IMG/VR virus record: IMGVR_UViG_3300042451_001437
Source: an uncultured virus (IMG/VR IMGVR_UViG_3300042451_001437)
Lineage: Duplodnaviria; Heunggongvirae; Uroviricota; Caudoviricetes
Direction: 5' to 3' (one strand)
DNA length: 64,000 bases
Shown here: piece by piece, positions 8,361 through 18,532 of the stretch
How the letters are laid out: each line of letters starts with the position of its first letter
Numbering within the stretch: the first letter of the stretch is position 1
Translations under genes and position numbers: made by a program
The notes under the pieces: model-generated
What the model saw: only the letters and a program-made list of their open reading frames with translations
Told to the model about the DNA's origin: nothing
Databases searched by the model: none

Positions 8361-9150
8361 TTACTAACACCTCGTTATTTTCTTCAATATCACTGATATC
8401 GGTTATTTTAAATGTCAAATACTTAACAGGGTTTTCAATGTCAAAAAACTCATATGACAATAATTTATCATTTTGTATTTTAACCACGTTAAAACCATGT
8501 TCACTGACAGTTTCACCAAAATTTTGTTGAATTAATGAGCCGACCATAATGATTGGTGTGGTATCGTGCATAAAAACTTGTCTTTTATGAATGTCACCAC
8601 AAAGAACCATGTCACAATGTCTGAATTTATTTACTTCAGCGCCATGGCTAAATTTAAACCCCTGCTCATTTACAGCCCCAACAATCGTACCGTGATATAA
8701 ACCAATGTAAGCACCGTTATATGGTCTCATTTCCAAGTTATCTGGTGCCATATGATTATCAAAGATACTAAATACTGACCAAACAACATTTTCGTCTTGG
8801 TATAAACCAGATTTTGTGTAATAGATAATGTTATCCACATCAAGAGCTTTGATAATTGGTGTCAATGCATCCATACGTTCTTTGTTTTGCTCAACAATGT
8901 CATGGTTACCAGGGATTATAATAACCTTACCAGTAACTTTTGAGCATTGGCTTAAAAACCAAGAAACCTCGTTAACCAATTCTGGGCTAATTTGGTTTCT
9001 TGAATGGACGATATCACCAGCGATAACAATTCGTTCTGGTTTGATTTTTTTCATTTGATCAATAAAGTTTTCGCATATCGCTCTAAACTCATTGTGTCTT
9101 TGGATATTCCTAAAATGGATATCCGCAATATGTGCAATTGTTTCTATCAT
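8353..9150 (-). CDS. sbcD: SbcD/Mre11/gp47-like metallophosphoesterase nuclease
   Basis: ADIH, AGDIVH, PGNHD, YHG and GDIHKRQ motifs; GSLIQQNFGE. Confidence 0.92.
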   Translation of the reverse strand: MIETIAHIADIHFRNIQRHNEFRAICENFIDQMKKIKPERIVIAGDIVHSRNQISPELVNEVSWFLSQCSKVTGKVIIIPGNHDIVEQNKERMDALTPIIKALDVDNIIYYTKSGLYQDENVVWSVFSIFDNHMAPDNLEMRPYNGAYIGLYHGTIVGAVNEQGFKFSHGAEVNKFRHCDMVLCGDIHKRQVFMHDTTPIIMVGSLIQQNFGETVSEHGFNVVKIQNDKLLSYEFFDIENPVKYLTFKITDISDIEENNEVLVNA

Positions 9151-9890
9151 AATATAAGTCTCTTCATTTTATAGTGCTCAATAAGCATTTCAGCCTCTTT
9201 TTTCATGTAACCAATAGGGATCAATCTAAATACTTGGATGTTTTTGTCCCAATAGAATAAACCACCACGATTAAATTTCTTACCAGTCTCTCTTTCGTAC
9301 ATTACACCATACACAGATAACTGAATAGTGTAATCATTATATTGGCAGTGTGCTAAATGGTTTAATGGGAAATGTAAAAATTCACCATATTTGTTTTCGT
9401 ATTCAAACTTTTTGTTTGTCTTGAAATCCCATACATTAAAAAACATACCGTCTGGTAAATCCTCAATAATGTCTGAAGTACCAGCAACACCTTCATCATC
9501 GTTAAATTCGATTGACATGATGTGCTCTGGTTTAAGATACGGGCTATCGATTAAAGATAAACCTTCTTCGTAACAAACATCTCTAAATGCACCGATAACA
9601 ATTTTTTCAAACTCGTCTCTTGGTGAGTACATCCTATTTGGTGCCAACAAAAATCTTTCGAGGATTTCGTGTAATGCGGTTCCGTACTCATTTGCCATAC
9701 GATTTATTTCTCTCCACTCAGCAATAACCTCTTCTTTGGTTACACCTTTTCTGTTCGCCACCCTTTCTGCATGGTAATCTTCATCAAATTTTTCTTTGTA
9801 CTGTCCTAATACAGTAGTTACTGACGTATACTTAACGGTAGGTTTTTTACTGTTACTGTACGTGTGGGTTGCGTGATCTAATGTTATCAT
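9147..9890 (-). CDS. PD-(D/E)XK exonuclease
   Basis: SVTT, GTALHEILE, AGTSD, DFKT and QLSVY motifs. Confidence 0.85.
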   Translation of the reverse strand: MITLDHATHTYSNSKKPTVKYTSVTTVLGQYKEKFDEDYHAERVANRKGVTKEEVIAEWREINRMANEYGTALHEILERFLLAPNRMYSPRDEFEKIVIGAFRDVCYEEGLSLIDSPYLKPEHIMSIEFNDDEGVAGTSDIIEDLPDGMFFNVWDFKTNKKFEYENKYGEFLHFPLNHLAHCQYNDYTIQLSVYGVMYERETGKKFNRGGLFYWDKNIQVFRLIPIGYMKKEAEMLIEHYKMKRLIL

Positions 9891-10849
9891 TCTTTAATTC
9901 TTGTGCTTGTTTGTAATAATTTTTTTAAATTTTCTGGCCCGTATTTCTCATAATACAGTGAGATATCAATACCTTTAGGTAATGTTAGTACCAAGACTTT
10001 CTTATATAGTCGGCCACTATCTAGTTTATTGTATATTCCAACCGTATCATTCCACGCATCGGGATCGAGTGCAATAATAATGAAATTTTTTGATTTAAAG
10101 TACAATTCTGTAAATAATTTTTGGGACATTTTTTTACCCAACAACGGAACGCTGTTTGGTACGACAATGTGGTCAAAAACACCTTCAACCAAAAATACGG
10201 GTTTATCCCAGTTAATTAAAGACTCGTTAAAAATTAACGTTTGTTTTTCAACCGATGGGTTTAAGTATTTGTACTTTGTTGTTTTTGGGCTTATGGATCT
10301 TGTTACAAAAAAGTTTAGTTTGTTGTCAGCATCATAAGATGGTACAACAACACGATTTTGGTACTTTCCGTCTAAGCAAAAACCAATCTTGTATGTTTTA
10401 ATGTGATGGTCATTTAACCCCCTACTATACAAATAATCAAAGGCAGCGTTAAATCTTGAATTACCAATTTTACCATCAAGTAGTATATATTCCTCTGGTA
10501 ATCTAAGTTCATCTTTCTTCTCCTCTACAGTTTTCTGTAAGATAAATTTGAAATTAAGTTTGTAGAACTGGTCTAATGTTTTCTTATCAGAATATTTTTT
10601 AACCAAAAAAGACAGACGGCCCTTAGTTCCATCTGTTTCACCGCATGACCAACAGTTATATACCCCATCTTTGTAGGAAATTTCAAGGTTACCCTTTTTA
10701 TCGAACTCAACACCTTTCATGGCGGAGCAGTTCGGACAGTCAAAACTAATCTGTTTCTTACGTTTATAGTGCTTTCTAGGTTCCCCCAAAAAGGATTCCA
10801 ATAAATCGATTAGTTTTTCTGTTTCTAATTCGTTATTAAGTAAATCCAT
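9887..10849 (-). CDS. DNA primase (Zn finger + TOPRIM)
   Basis: CPNC...CWSC zinc finger, YLYSRG, RVVVP, KYLNP, VEGVFD, LDPDA. Confidence 0.9.
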   Translation of the reverse strand: MDLLNNELETEKLIDLLESFLGEPRKHYKRKKQISFDCPNCSAMKGVEFDKKGNLEISYKDGVYNCWSCGETDGTKGRLSFLVKKYSDKKTLDQFYKLNFKFILQKTVEEKKDELRLPEEYILLDGKIGNSRFNAAFDYLYSRGLNDHHIKTYKIGFCLDGKYQNRVVVPSYDADNKLNFFVTRSISPKTTKYKYLNPSVEKQTLIFNESLINWDKPVFLVEGVFDHIVVPNSVPLLGKKMSQKLFTELYFKSKNFIIIALDPDAWNDTVGIYNKLDSGRLYKKVLVLTLPKGIDISLYYEKYGPENLKKLLQTSTRIKE

Positions 10850-10857
10850 AATTCCTA

Positions 10858-10889
10858 CAAAGATAAGAAATTATTTCTTTACAAACAAA
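10858..10889 (-). promoter_or_regulatory. Bacteroidota sigma-A-type promoter (TTTG-N20-TATCTTTG)
   Basis: Minus strand TTTG at 10889-10886, 20-nt spacer, TATCTTTG at 10865-10858. Matches the -33/-7 consensus TTTG/TAnnTTTG, upstream of primase. Confidence 0.75.
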
Positions 10890-10890
10890 T

Positions 10891-11490
10891 TTATTTAAAA
10901 ATTTCTTTCATGTGGGCAAAGGCAAGCATAACGGTGTATGCATCAGACATATCAAAGTTCTCTTTTTTCAATTGACCTTTTTTGTCTAATAACCAATTAA
11001 TTTGTGGTTCTCTCTGACTAACCTTGTCCCATATAAGTTTTTTCTTATCAATGTCTTTAGGTAACCCACCAAATAAAACCATTTTACCCGCACTACCTGG
11101 TTGCATAAACTCAGGGAATGCGTATCTTCTAGCCTCATAAGTAGAGATGTATTCTGGGACAACACCAATTACATCATAGCATATTTTTGTTACCATTCCG
11201 TTAAAACGCAATAAGGTACCAACGGTATTAACATTGTTTGACCTTAATAATGGTTCCTCAATAACTATGTGTTTGATATTAAGTGTTTTATACTTTTGTA
11301 TAAAATCGTAAAACAAATCAGCTTTTTTAATAAGCTCTTCAGTTTTTGTTTTAGGTTCGGGTTTAGCTTTTGGAGAAATGTGTGTTAACTCCAAAAGCTC
11401 CCCTTTATTGTTGAATAATGAAATTCCGATTGTTTTAGTTGAAACGTCTAGTCCAAGTAAGTAGTATTCTTCTTGTATCTCTTTTATCAT
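10891..11490 (-). CDS. RuvC-like Holliday junction resolvase
   Basis: LLGLDVSTKTIG, IVIEE and DMSDAY catalytic acidic motifs. Confidence 0.8.
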   Translation of the reverse strand: MIKEIQEEYYLLGLDVSTKTIGISLFNNKGELLELTHISPKAKPEPKTKTEELIKKADLFYDFIQKYKTLNIKHIVIEEPLLRSNNVNTVGTLLRFNGMVTKICYDVIGVVPEYISTYEARRYAFPEFMQPGSAGKMVLFGGLPKDIDKKKLIWDKVSQREPQINWLLDKKGQLKKENFDMSDAYTVMLAFAHMKEIFK

Positions 11491-11500
11491 AAAATATTAA

Positions 11501-13369
11501 TTATAATCTTATTTTGATATTGAACGATACAACATCATACCAATATTTTTTAATTGGTTGTGTTGGTTTGCAAATCGCCAATAAATTACCATCAGCATCA
11601 TGGATACCCAATTGTGTGATGATAACAGGATATAAATCACCGTTTGTTGATTTAAATGATGCCCAATCTTCCGTTTGTGCAACACCCATCATATCCTTTG
11701 CTGTATCATTTGTTGATTTGAAAAATTCATCCGAAGATGCCAAACAAACAATATTTAAGGATTTTTCAGTATTGTAACTATTGTATGATAACTTATAATC
11801 AGTTGTACCAGTATAAATAAATTGTGTGCTATCCCATAGAATATCGGCACCATCTTTTGTTATGATCAATTCATATGTGTCATTACTATCCGTAGTTCTA
11901 ACATCACCTCTACTGTCAGCATTTACAGTTCCACCAGTGATATTTTTTGTTACATCATAATTTTTAACCATATTGGTTAAAGTACCACTTGTGTAAATAT
12001 AACCGTTAAAAACATTACTGAAATATGAATCCACAAGTAATGGGTGTGTAATTACAATAAACCCTTTATCCAAATAAGCGGCTCCCACACAAACATCATT
12101 TTTATAGTTGTATGTTGGTTTTTCTTGTGATCCAGGTACAAAAACTCTAGTTCCGTTTATAACCTCACTGTAGGCATCACCCCAGTTATTAAAGTTTGCA
12201 TATGGTGTTTGTACAGCATCTGTAAATAATAACACAACATTACTTTCATAAGTTGTTGAGCTAACTGTTTGTAAATCAGGTCTAACCCCGATTGATCCTA
12301 CGCTAATGTCTGGTTCAGATAATTTTTTATCTAAATTATTGTTTATACCAGCTGAATTATACGTACCATACAATTCAATTGTACTTGGGCCAGTCCAACC
12401 AGTCATAATACCCAAACGTTTTGGGTCAGCGGTACTTGATGTCGCCCCAGTATAATATGGTAATTCTAATTTAACTGTTTTACCGTCAATGATTTCACCA
12501 TATTTGTTATTTGGTATTTCAAATATCATGTATAAATCATTGGGAACTGGTAGATTCCAAGGTTTATTGGTTTCAAATTCATTGCAACCAATTGTTTGCA
12601 TAACAGTTTCATAGTATTCACCAGTATAACCTGTTGTTGGGTGTACTAACAACGCATCGGTTGTACCAGTATATGAAGATGTAATCGCTGTCCATTTTTT
12701 GGCAACACCATTAATAGTAGTTGCTACCGTTTCGTTAGTACCCGCATCTGATAAAACACCGTAAGCTGATCTAGAATATTTCTTATATTCCTCATTAGTT
12801 ATAGGTAAATTAAGGGATTTTAACAAATTAGAAAAAATTGTATTATTATCTTGTCTACCAACAAAGAAACCTGGTAAAATATCTGTTGTGTTTAATGTTG
12901 TACCACTAAAAGTGTGGTTTAATTCTTGGTATCCATTTGATAAATCAAACGGTACGCTTTCATTAACCAAAACAGCACCTTCAATGTTTTTTAGAACATT
13001 ATAATTCGTAGGGTTGTAATCATATTCAATATAACCACGGCAAGTTCCACCTGAGTTTGAGAAATCAGTATCATTGTAAGCGACCGTAAGTACGTAATTA
13101 AACCCACCGCTTGCGGCAAGCAATGTCGCATTATCACTTATGTTTGTGGTTGACTGGTATTTACCTAATACAGTGTTTGTACCTAACGTGTTTAATTTAT
13201 TATATAAACTAGTATTTTGATTAACCTCTGTATGTGTAATAACAACAGGTTGGTTTAACGTTGGTATATACTTTAACGGTTCTAGTAAATAGAACTCAAC
13301 AATACCAGCTGTACCAGTACTCACAGTTCTTTTATAATACGGGATTCTAACTTTTAATATCGCACTCAT
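11501..13369 (-). CDS. Virion structural protein (baseplate/tail-collar fibre-like C-terminus)
   Basis: C-terminal ITQLGIHDADGNLLAICKPTQPIKK parallels the end of the 910-aa paralogue. T/G/N-rich. Confidence 0.7.
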   Translation of the reverse strand: MSAILKVRIPYYKRTVSTGTAGIVEFYLLEPLKYIPTLNQPVVITHTEVNQNTSLYNKLNTLGTNTVLGKYQSTTNISDNATLLAASGGFNYVLTVAYNDTDFSNSGGTCRGYIEYDYNPTNYNVLKNIEGAVLVNESVPFDLSNGYQELNHTFSGTTLNTTDILPGFFVGRQDNNTIFSNLLKSLNLPITNEEYKKYSRSAYGVLSDAGTNETVATTINGVAKKWTAITSSYTGTTDALLVHPTTGYTGEYYETVMQTIGCNEFETNKPWNLPVPNDLYMIFEIPNNKYGEIIDGKTVKLELPYYTGATSSTADPKRLGIMTGWTGPSTIELYGTYNSAGINNNLDKKLSEPDISVGSIGVRPDLQTVSSTTYESNVVLLFTDAVQTPYANFNNWGDAYSEVINGTRVFVPGSQEKPTYNYKNDVCVGAAYLDKGFIVITHPLLVDSYFSNVFNGYIYTSGTLTNMVKNYDVTKNITGGTVNADSRGDVRTTDSNDTYELIITKDGADILWDSTQFIYTGTTDYKLSYNSYNTEKSLNIVCLASSDEFFKSTNDTAKDMMGVAQTEDWASFKSTNGDLYPVIITQLGIHDADGNLLAICKPTQPIKKYWYDVVSFNIKIRL

Positions 13370-13375
13370 TTTATA

Positions 13376-13621
13376 TTATTTTCTTAATATTTGACTTTTT
13401 ATTGTTATGTTTTTTGATATTGCGTATACATTATCATTATAGTCCCCAGTTATGTCCGTAACTATCTGATCAACAGTTGATAACGCATTGTAGTTACCGT
13501 CTTCATCTGAAATAGAAAAAGTAACTGGTTTAAAACCTTGTTCTAAAAGTCTTCTTCTACCCAACTCTGTTAGGTAAACTTTAATTTCTTCGGTGCTTCC
13601 GCTTTGTGGTACAAACCCCAT
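13376..13621 (-). CDS. Small structural protein with tail-collar-fibre-like N-terminal motif
   Basis: VYLTELGRRRL..F.ISDEDGNY shared with ORFs 15384-15764 and 15764-18496. Confidence 0.7.
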   Translation of the reverse strand: MGFVPQSGSTEEIKVYLTELGRRRLLEQGFKPVTFSISDEDGNYNALSTVDQIVTDITGDYNDNVYAISKNITIKSQILRK

Positions 13622-13681
13622 GTTTTTAGTTTATTTAAATATATTAATTTTATTCTACAAATCAAGTTATTATTCCTATAT

Positions 13682-13689
13682 AATAAATA
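13682..13689 (-). promoter_or_regulatory. Putative late-promoter motif variant TATTTATT
   Basis: In the 95-nt gap upstream of ATG 13621. Confidence 0.4.
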
Positions 13690-13716
13690 TGTGATTCTTT
13701 TGTTTTTTTTTATTTT

Positions 13717-14346
13717 TTAAGTTTTAACCAGTATAACGCTGATAACAACCGTTTCTTTAATTGCCGTGTTAAAACTACTATCAGCAAAACAATTTATGTC
13801 AAAACTTAGGTCAATAGCCCCAACTCTCCTATCTGGATCGTTTGATGTTTTACCATAATACTGATTACCCAAAACATTTAGATTTAAAACTTCATAATAA
13901 GCTGAAAATTCTAAAGTGTTTAAAGGTAATAACGCTTTATTTGATCCTAGTAAACCAACTGGCGTCACAATGGTTAATTTACCTATTATTCTGCCCTTAT
14001 TTGTTAAACGATACTCCTGGTAATATTTTGTACCGACAATTGTTTCACTACCTGTTACACTATTTTCGCTATATTCGTTAATTAACGTTAACCTTAATGT
14101 GTTAAAGTTAGATTTTAACTTAGCATCTCTAAATTGTGCCTTTGAAAAAGTTAAGTTATTAAAATAAATCGATTTTGTGTTAGGGTTTAAAATACTAAAT
14201 TTACCTTCAGATTCATTGGTAATGTATTTATCTGGCCCAACAACACTAACGCCTGGTGTATTTATATAAAAATTAATTTTAGGTATACTAAAATCAAAAA
14301 CGGGCATTTTTTTCTCAACCCTTCTCCCAAAAATTATATTTCCCAT
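13717..14346 (-). CDS. Hypothetical virion protein (209 aa)
   Basis: Full ORF in the structural operon, beta-rich composition. Confidence 0.7.
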   Translation of the reverse strand: MGNIIFGRRVEKKMPVFDFSIPKINFYINTPGVSVVGPDKYITNESEGKFSILNPNTKSIYFNNLTFSKAQFRDAKLKSNFNTLRLTLINEYSENSVTGSETIVGTKYYQEYRLTNKGRIIGKLTIVTPVGLLGSNKALLPLNTLEFSAYYEVLNLNVLGNQYYGKTSNDPDRRVGAIDLSFDINCFADSSFNTAIKETVVISVILVKT

Positions 14347-14352
14347 ATTTAA

Positions 14353-15384
14353 TTATCCTACTGGTTGTGGTAAAGCACCTGGATCAATAACCGCTATATC
14401 TTCTTGGTCATAAACATATTCAACGGTTGTTTGTGATATAGTACCGTTATAATCCACAATTATTTTAAATTCTTTATTACCAGTACATATATTTGAGTTA
14501 AACAATTCTTCTGTACTTGTATCTAATTCAGCTGTAACTTTAAACATATAACCACTCATAAAATTAAATGGGCTAATGTTTGCTCCTTCCGCTAAACCCT
14601 GATCTTGTATCGTATATGTTGGTGAACCAAAACCACTAACTACTGGTGTAGTAAATGATACCACATTAAGATTACCCCCAGTAGAAACTGTTTGAGTTTG
14701 TGTTGTTGCATAACCAGGGAAACCAACACTACCCTCTATCCATGACACTGTCATAGATGAGCCCCCAGTATTTATAAGTTCATACCTATGTGGGTGTGGT
14801 AAATAAGATACGTTTATTGAATCACCGCTTATGTTAACCCAATCGTTAAAAAAAGATGTGTTAATATTTACATAACCATAACTATATGGGTTAGACGTTG
14901 AGCCAGTATAAAACACACCATAATCATAAACTTTTAAATCCGATAATTTAAGTTTTTTCTTATTATTACCAAAGACAGCATAAACATCAACAGCGATAGT
15001 ATACCCGTTTGAACCAACGGTATAGTTTTGACCATCACCATTAAAGTTAAAATACATATCAAAACTTGTATAATAAACCTCTCCTTTAACTAAAGTGTTT
15101 AATTTCTTAAATTGGGTGTAATTAACAGGGATAGTTCTTGAAGCACGTGAATTGTTACCAATAAAACCGTTACCCATTGGCATGTTATTATATATGGAGT
15201 TTTTATCAACCAATTTATAAGAACCGTTTATAAATTCAAAATCAGATAAATCATTTGATTTATATGGGTGGAAATCATAATCTTCTATTAAAGCGTTAAC
15301 ACCATTTGCGCTATATGATGTGTAATCATAAGGGGCTTTAAGGTGTATACCGTTTAAATTTTTAAGGTTGTATTGTCTAGCCAT
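14353..15384 (-). CDS. Hypothetical virion protein (343 aa)
   Basis: Full ORF coupled to the upstream gene; G/T/Y/N-rich. Confidence 0.7.
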   Translation of the reverse strand: MARQYNLKNLNGIHLKAPYDYTSYSANGVNALIEDYDFHPYKSNDLSDFEFINGSYKLVDKNSIYNNMPMGNGFIGNNSRASRTIPVNYTQFKKLNTLVKGEVYYTSFDMYFNFNGDGQNYTVGSNGYTIAVDVYAVFGNNKKKLKLSDLKVYDYGVFYTGSTSNPYSYGYVNINTSFFNDWVNISGDSINVSYLPHPHRYELINTGGSSMTVSWIEGSVGFPGYATTQTQTVSTGGNLNVVSFTTPVVSGFGSPTYTIQDQGLAEGANISPFNFMSGYMFKVTAELDTSTEELFNSNICTGNKEFKIIVDYNGTISQTTVEYVYDQEDIAVIDPGALPQPVG

Positions 15385-15764
15385 TAGTCTTTATATGTTA
15401 CTATTTTAATCGTTTCTGTTGAAAGATCTGGATCATATGCGATATAGTTATTTTCAGCTCTTTGGTTAACGCCCAAAAAACCATGAGTAAACAATATATT
15501 GTTATCCACAGAACCTCGTTTAGAGTCCTGTGTGTAGACTTCAATTGTGTTATTAACTTCTGTGGTATCATAGAATTTTATTGTTGGTATTGTTTGGCCT
15601 GTTAAGACATTGGGGTCAACACCGCTCATCTGGTTATAATTTGAGTTATCGATTAATGAAAAATATTTAATCTCATTCTTAAAACCATTGTTTATGAAAG
15701 CTTCTCTACCCTTATCTGTAAGGTATATCTCAAAAGTATACTTATTTCTTTTTATAAATCCCAT
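15384..15764 (-). CDS. Small structural protein with tail-collar-fibre-like N-terminal motif
   Basis: MGFI...IYLTDKGREAF...YFSLIDNSNY. Confidence 0.7.
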   Translation of the reverse strand: MGFIKRNKYTFEIYLTDKGREAFINNGFKNEIKYFSLIDNSNYNQMSGVDPNVLTGQTIPTIKFYDTTEVNNTIEVYTQDSKRGSVDNNILFTHGFLGVNQRAENNYIAYDPDLSTETIKIVTYKD

Positions 15765-18496
15765 TAGAAGTCAATTGTAGCTTGTATTACGACCATATCA
15801 GAATTATATTTTCTTGTTATTGGTTCTGAAAATTTACCAATAGCCACCAAAATACCATTGGTATCAAAAATACCTATTTGTGTAAACGCAACTTTATCTT
15901 GGTCAGAATTAAAAGTTGGGTTATCAGTGGTTATATATTGATTAGGTAGCACATTACAAGTTAATTGTGTTTTATATATTGTAGCTTTAATATCCGTTTC
16001 TATATTACCAAAAAAGAAAACTTCATCACCAAAACTAAAGTCTGATGAGGAAATCCCTGGTATGGTAATATAATCATTTAAATTATAGATATCCGTGTCA
16101 CTATTGTCAAGCATAAATTGATCTATGTTTACTCTAAGCGCTGATATCGTATTTTTTGTTAAAACATTTGTTGATACCGTTTGTCCAGCGCCAGCATTAT
16201 CTAAATAAAAGATCGTTATTTCACTACCCTGTGTTGGTGTGAAATTTAATTCAACACGTCTATCATCTATTGTTTCATTTGTTACAAAAACACCATATGT
16301 TGTTGCGTTTAGCAGCATACCTTTATAAAACAACCAAACAGTTGAATTATTAGGTTGTTTATCCAATTTAAGGGATATTCTGTTAGGTGTAATTGTCGAT
16401 TTATAAATCGGGTTAGCGTTTGTATTTGAATTAATAGTTGCCAACGATGGAACTGTTACAACTTGTTTAATTGTTCTAGATGTTATACTTGTACCAGTTA
16501 AATAATAAATTTGTAAAAGGTCTGGACTAACACCATATCCCTGTCCAAAAACAATAACTTGTCTATTATTAGGGCCGACAGCGTCTGTAGTTGGGTATGC
16601 GTAATATGTACCATCAGCTAAAGTGTCATCGGATGCTTGTGTTTGTACCGTACCATTAAAAATAACGATAATCTCACCCACTGGTGTGTCACCTAATTCA
16701 AAAATATCAAAACTACTAACATTAATTACTGAGTGAGAACCCAATTTATCGGCATCATAATCAATAATATCGGCATGCAACTCAAAATTAGTACCATTAA
16801 CGTTCATAACCCCAGTAACACAACCATTTGTACCTAAAAACTCACTTACATCAATGTAAGCCCAGTTTGTTGGATCTGGTTTTATAGCTGTTGTTGATTT
16901 TTGCCATAACATTAATATCTGGTTAGTTTTATAACCGATACCAGTTTGGTCATCGTAATCTTTTAAGAAAGAAAATTCCGTGTAATTAGGGTCTTCTATT
17001 TTTTTATTAAATTGGAATAGGACGTCTTTAGCAGACGCACTATTATTTTGTATGGTTGTGTAATCTTCGCAGTGCATACCTGTTATACCAGCAGTATCAA
17101 GTAACATATAAGTTACATAAAGGTATTCACCTGGTTGTAAAATACCAGCTGTGCTTGTATTACCACAAATTCCAGGTTCCGTTAAATTTAACAACGGTTT
17201 TGGTAAAGTCCAATTTCTATTACCTTTGTATGATAAAGCTGATAATAACTCAGGGTGTTCAATTATAACAACCTTTTCATCAACAAAAACTTTACCAACA
17301 ACATTTTTATCTTTTTCTTGGTCAACAAGATCGTAATAAGGGTATTTTACTATCCCTAAACCAGCTTCTGTTGTTTCGGTTAAATATTTTAATTCGGTAT
17401 CAGCAACAAACGTATAACCAATTGTATCAGCAATACCAGTTGTGAATTGTTGTTTATGCCACATTATATAAGGGACTTTAAGTTTAAAGCTTGAGCGATA
17501 AAAACCCTCACCGTAAAAATTAGAAACCGTATTATTTGTATAATGTATAACACCAATTTTACTGTTTGAATCGTAGTACCCAAAATTTATTGCTGTACCT
17601 AAGTAATCCTTTGATACAACATCATATTTTGATTTATCTACAGTTGAATCCAAACCTATAATATCCTCAATATTAATAATATTCATATTCCAAACTGGAA
17701 CATCCAATTCAGATTGCGTGTTATTATTCGAAAAATCTAATAAACCACCTTGCCAATAAGCCATCGGGCTCGATTCATCATAATAATCTTTAATTGTATC
17801 TTTACCTGGGTAAATAAAAGCATCAACCTCGTATGAATCAAACGCTGGTAAGTCACGATCAACAACTATTGTGATTGTTGTACCAGTTGTTAATCCTGTT
17901 AAATCATATGTTGACCCACCATTAACAGTTTTTACAACATACATTAAATACTGAACTGGTTCAACTGTTATTTGATCAGCTGGTACCTGTGTTGTCGTAT
18001 AATTTGTTGTATACCCACTAGTTTTAAATTTAACAAACAAGTAATCACCTTCTTTCACGGTTGTATCGTATGAAGAATTTATTGTGCCACCATTATATGT
18101 TAAATCAATTGATGTTGAAGCGGTAGCTGTCGTACCTGTTAACGGCCCTACAAGCCATAGATTTGAATCAACACTTATTGTTGAACCAGTTGTGTCATAA
18201 TTAAAAAAACCTCTTTCTATTGCTGACGTATAAACTTCATTTGGTATTGCGTTAACAATTGTAATTGGATTTAAAACATTAGACCCGTCATATGTTAACG
18301 GTAAACTTAAACCTAATACATTATCAGATGGTCTTAAAATGTTAACATTTGAGAACGAGTCGTTGGAGTAATCCATTTCACCGTCACCAAGTCCAAAATA
18401 TGTAAAATTTAATGTTCCCTCAGCTAGATTTCTCCTACCGTTATTGGTTAATTTAACATTAACCAACGGATCGTTTTTCTTAATTATATAGCTCAT
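15764..18496 (-). CDS. Baseplate/tail-collar fibre-like structural protein (910 aa)
   Basis: N-terminal KLTNNGRRNLAEG..FTYFGLGDGEMDY and C-terminal FTQIGIFDTNGILVAIGKFSEPI, resembling the two halves of the P2 gpH N-terminal (DUF3751-like) domain. Confidence 0.7.
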   Translation of the reverse strand: MSYIIKKNDPLVNVKLTNNGRRNLAEGTLNFTYFGLGDGEMDYSNDSFSNVNILRPSDNVLGLSLPLTYDGSNVLNPITIVNAIPNEVYTSAIERGFFNYDTTGSTISVDSNLWLVGPLTGTTATASTSIDLTYNGGTINSSYDTTVKEGDYLFVKFKTSGYTTNYTTTQVPADQITVEPVQYLMYVVKTVNGGSTYDLTGLTTGTTITIVVDRDLPAFDSYEVDAFIYPGKDTIKDYYDESSPMAYWQGGLLDFSNNNTQSELDVPVWNMNIINIEDIIGLDSTVDKSKYDVVSKDYLGTAINFGYYDSNSKIGVIHYTNNTVSNFYGEGFYRSSFKLKVPYIMWHKQQFTTGIADTIGYTFVADTELKYLTETTEAGLGIVKYPYYDLVDQEKDKNVVGKVFVDEKVVIIEHPELLSALSYKGNRNWTLPKPLLNLTEPGICGNTSTAGILQPGEYLYVTYMLLDTAGITGMHCEDYTTIQNNSASAKDVLFQFNKKIEDPNYTEFSFLKDYDDQTGIGYKTNQILMLWQKSTTAIKPDPTNWAYIDVSEFLGTNGCVTGVMNVNGTNFELHADIIDYDADKLGSHSVINVSSFDIFELGDTPVGEIIVIFNGTVQTQASDDTLADGTYYAYPTTDAVGPNNRQVIVFGQGYGVSPDLLQIYYLTGTSITSRTIKQVVTVPSLATINSNTNANPIYKSTITPNRISLKLDKQPNNSTVWLFYKGMLLNATTYGVFVTNETIDDRRVELNFTPTQGSEITIFYLDNAGAGQTVSTNVLTKNTISALRVNIDQFMLDNSDTDIYNLNDYITIPGISSSDFSFGDEVFFFGNIETDIKATIYKTQLTCNVLPNQYITTDNPTFNSDQDKVAFTQIGIFDTNGILVAIGKFSEPITRKYNSDMVVIQATIDF

Positions 18497-18508
18497 TTTT
18501 TGTTTTTA

Positions 18509-18516
18509 TATAAATA
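18509..18516 (-). promoter_or_regulatory. Putative late-promoter motif (ACGA)TATTTATA
   Basis: 12 nt upstream of ATG 18496. Identical 11-mer ACGATATTTAT also upstream of ATG 36771. Confidence 0.65.
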
Positions 18517-18532
18517 TCGTTATTTTATAAAT

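Noticed and set aside
9147..9890. Cas4 / CRISPR-associated nuclease
   Set aside because: Lacks the four-Cys Fe-S cluster pattern; no array or other cas genes in the window.
13622..13716. Structured ncRNA or tRNA in this 95-nt intergenic gap
   Set aside because: Very AT-rich with no stable stem; only promoter-like elements (TATTTATT and a TTG-N19-TATATTTA near-match).
14347..14355. Stop readthrough joining the 343-aa and 209-aa ORFs (TAA-TTA-AAT-ATG, in frame)
   Set aside because: 3 of about 11 short gaps are in frame, as expected by chance, and there is no domain complementarity here.
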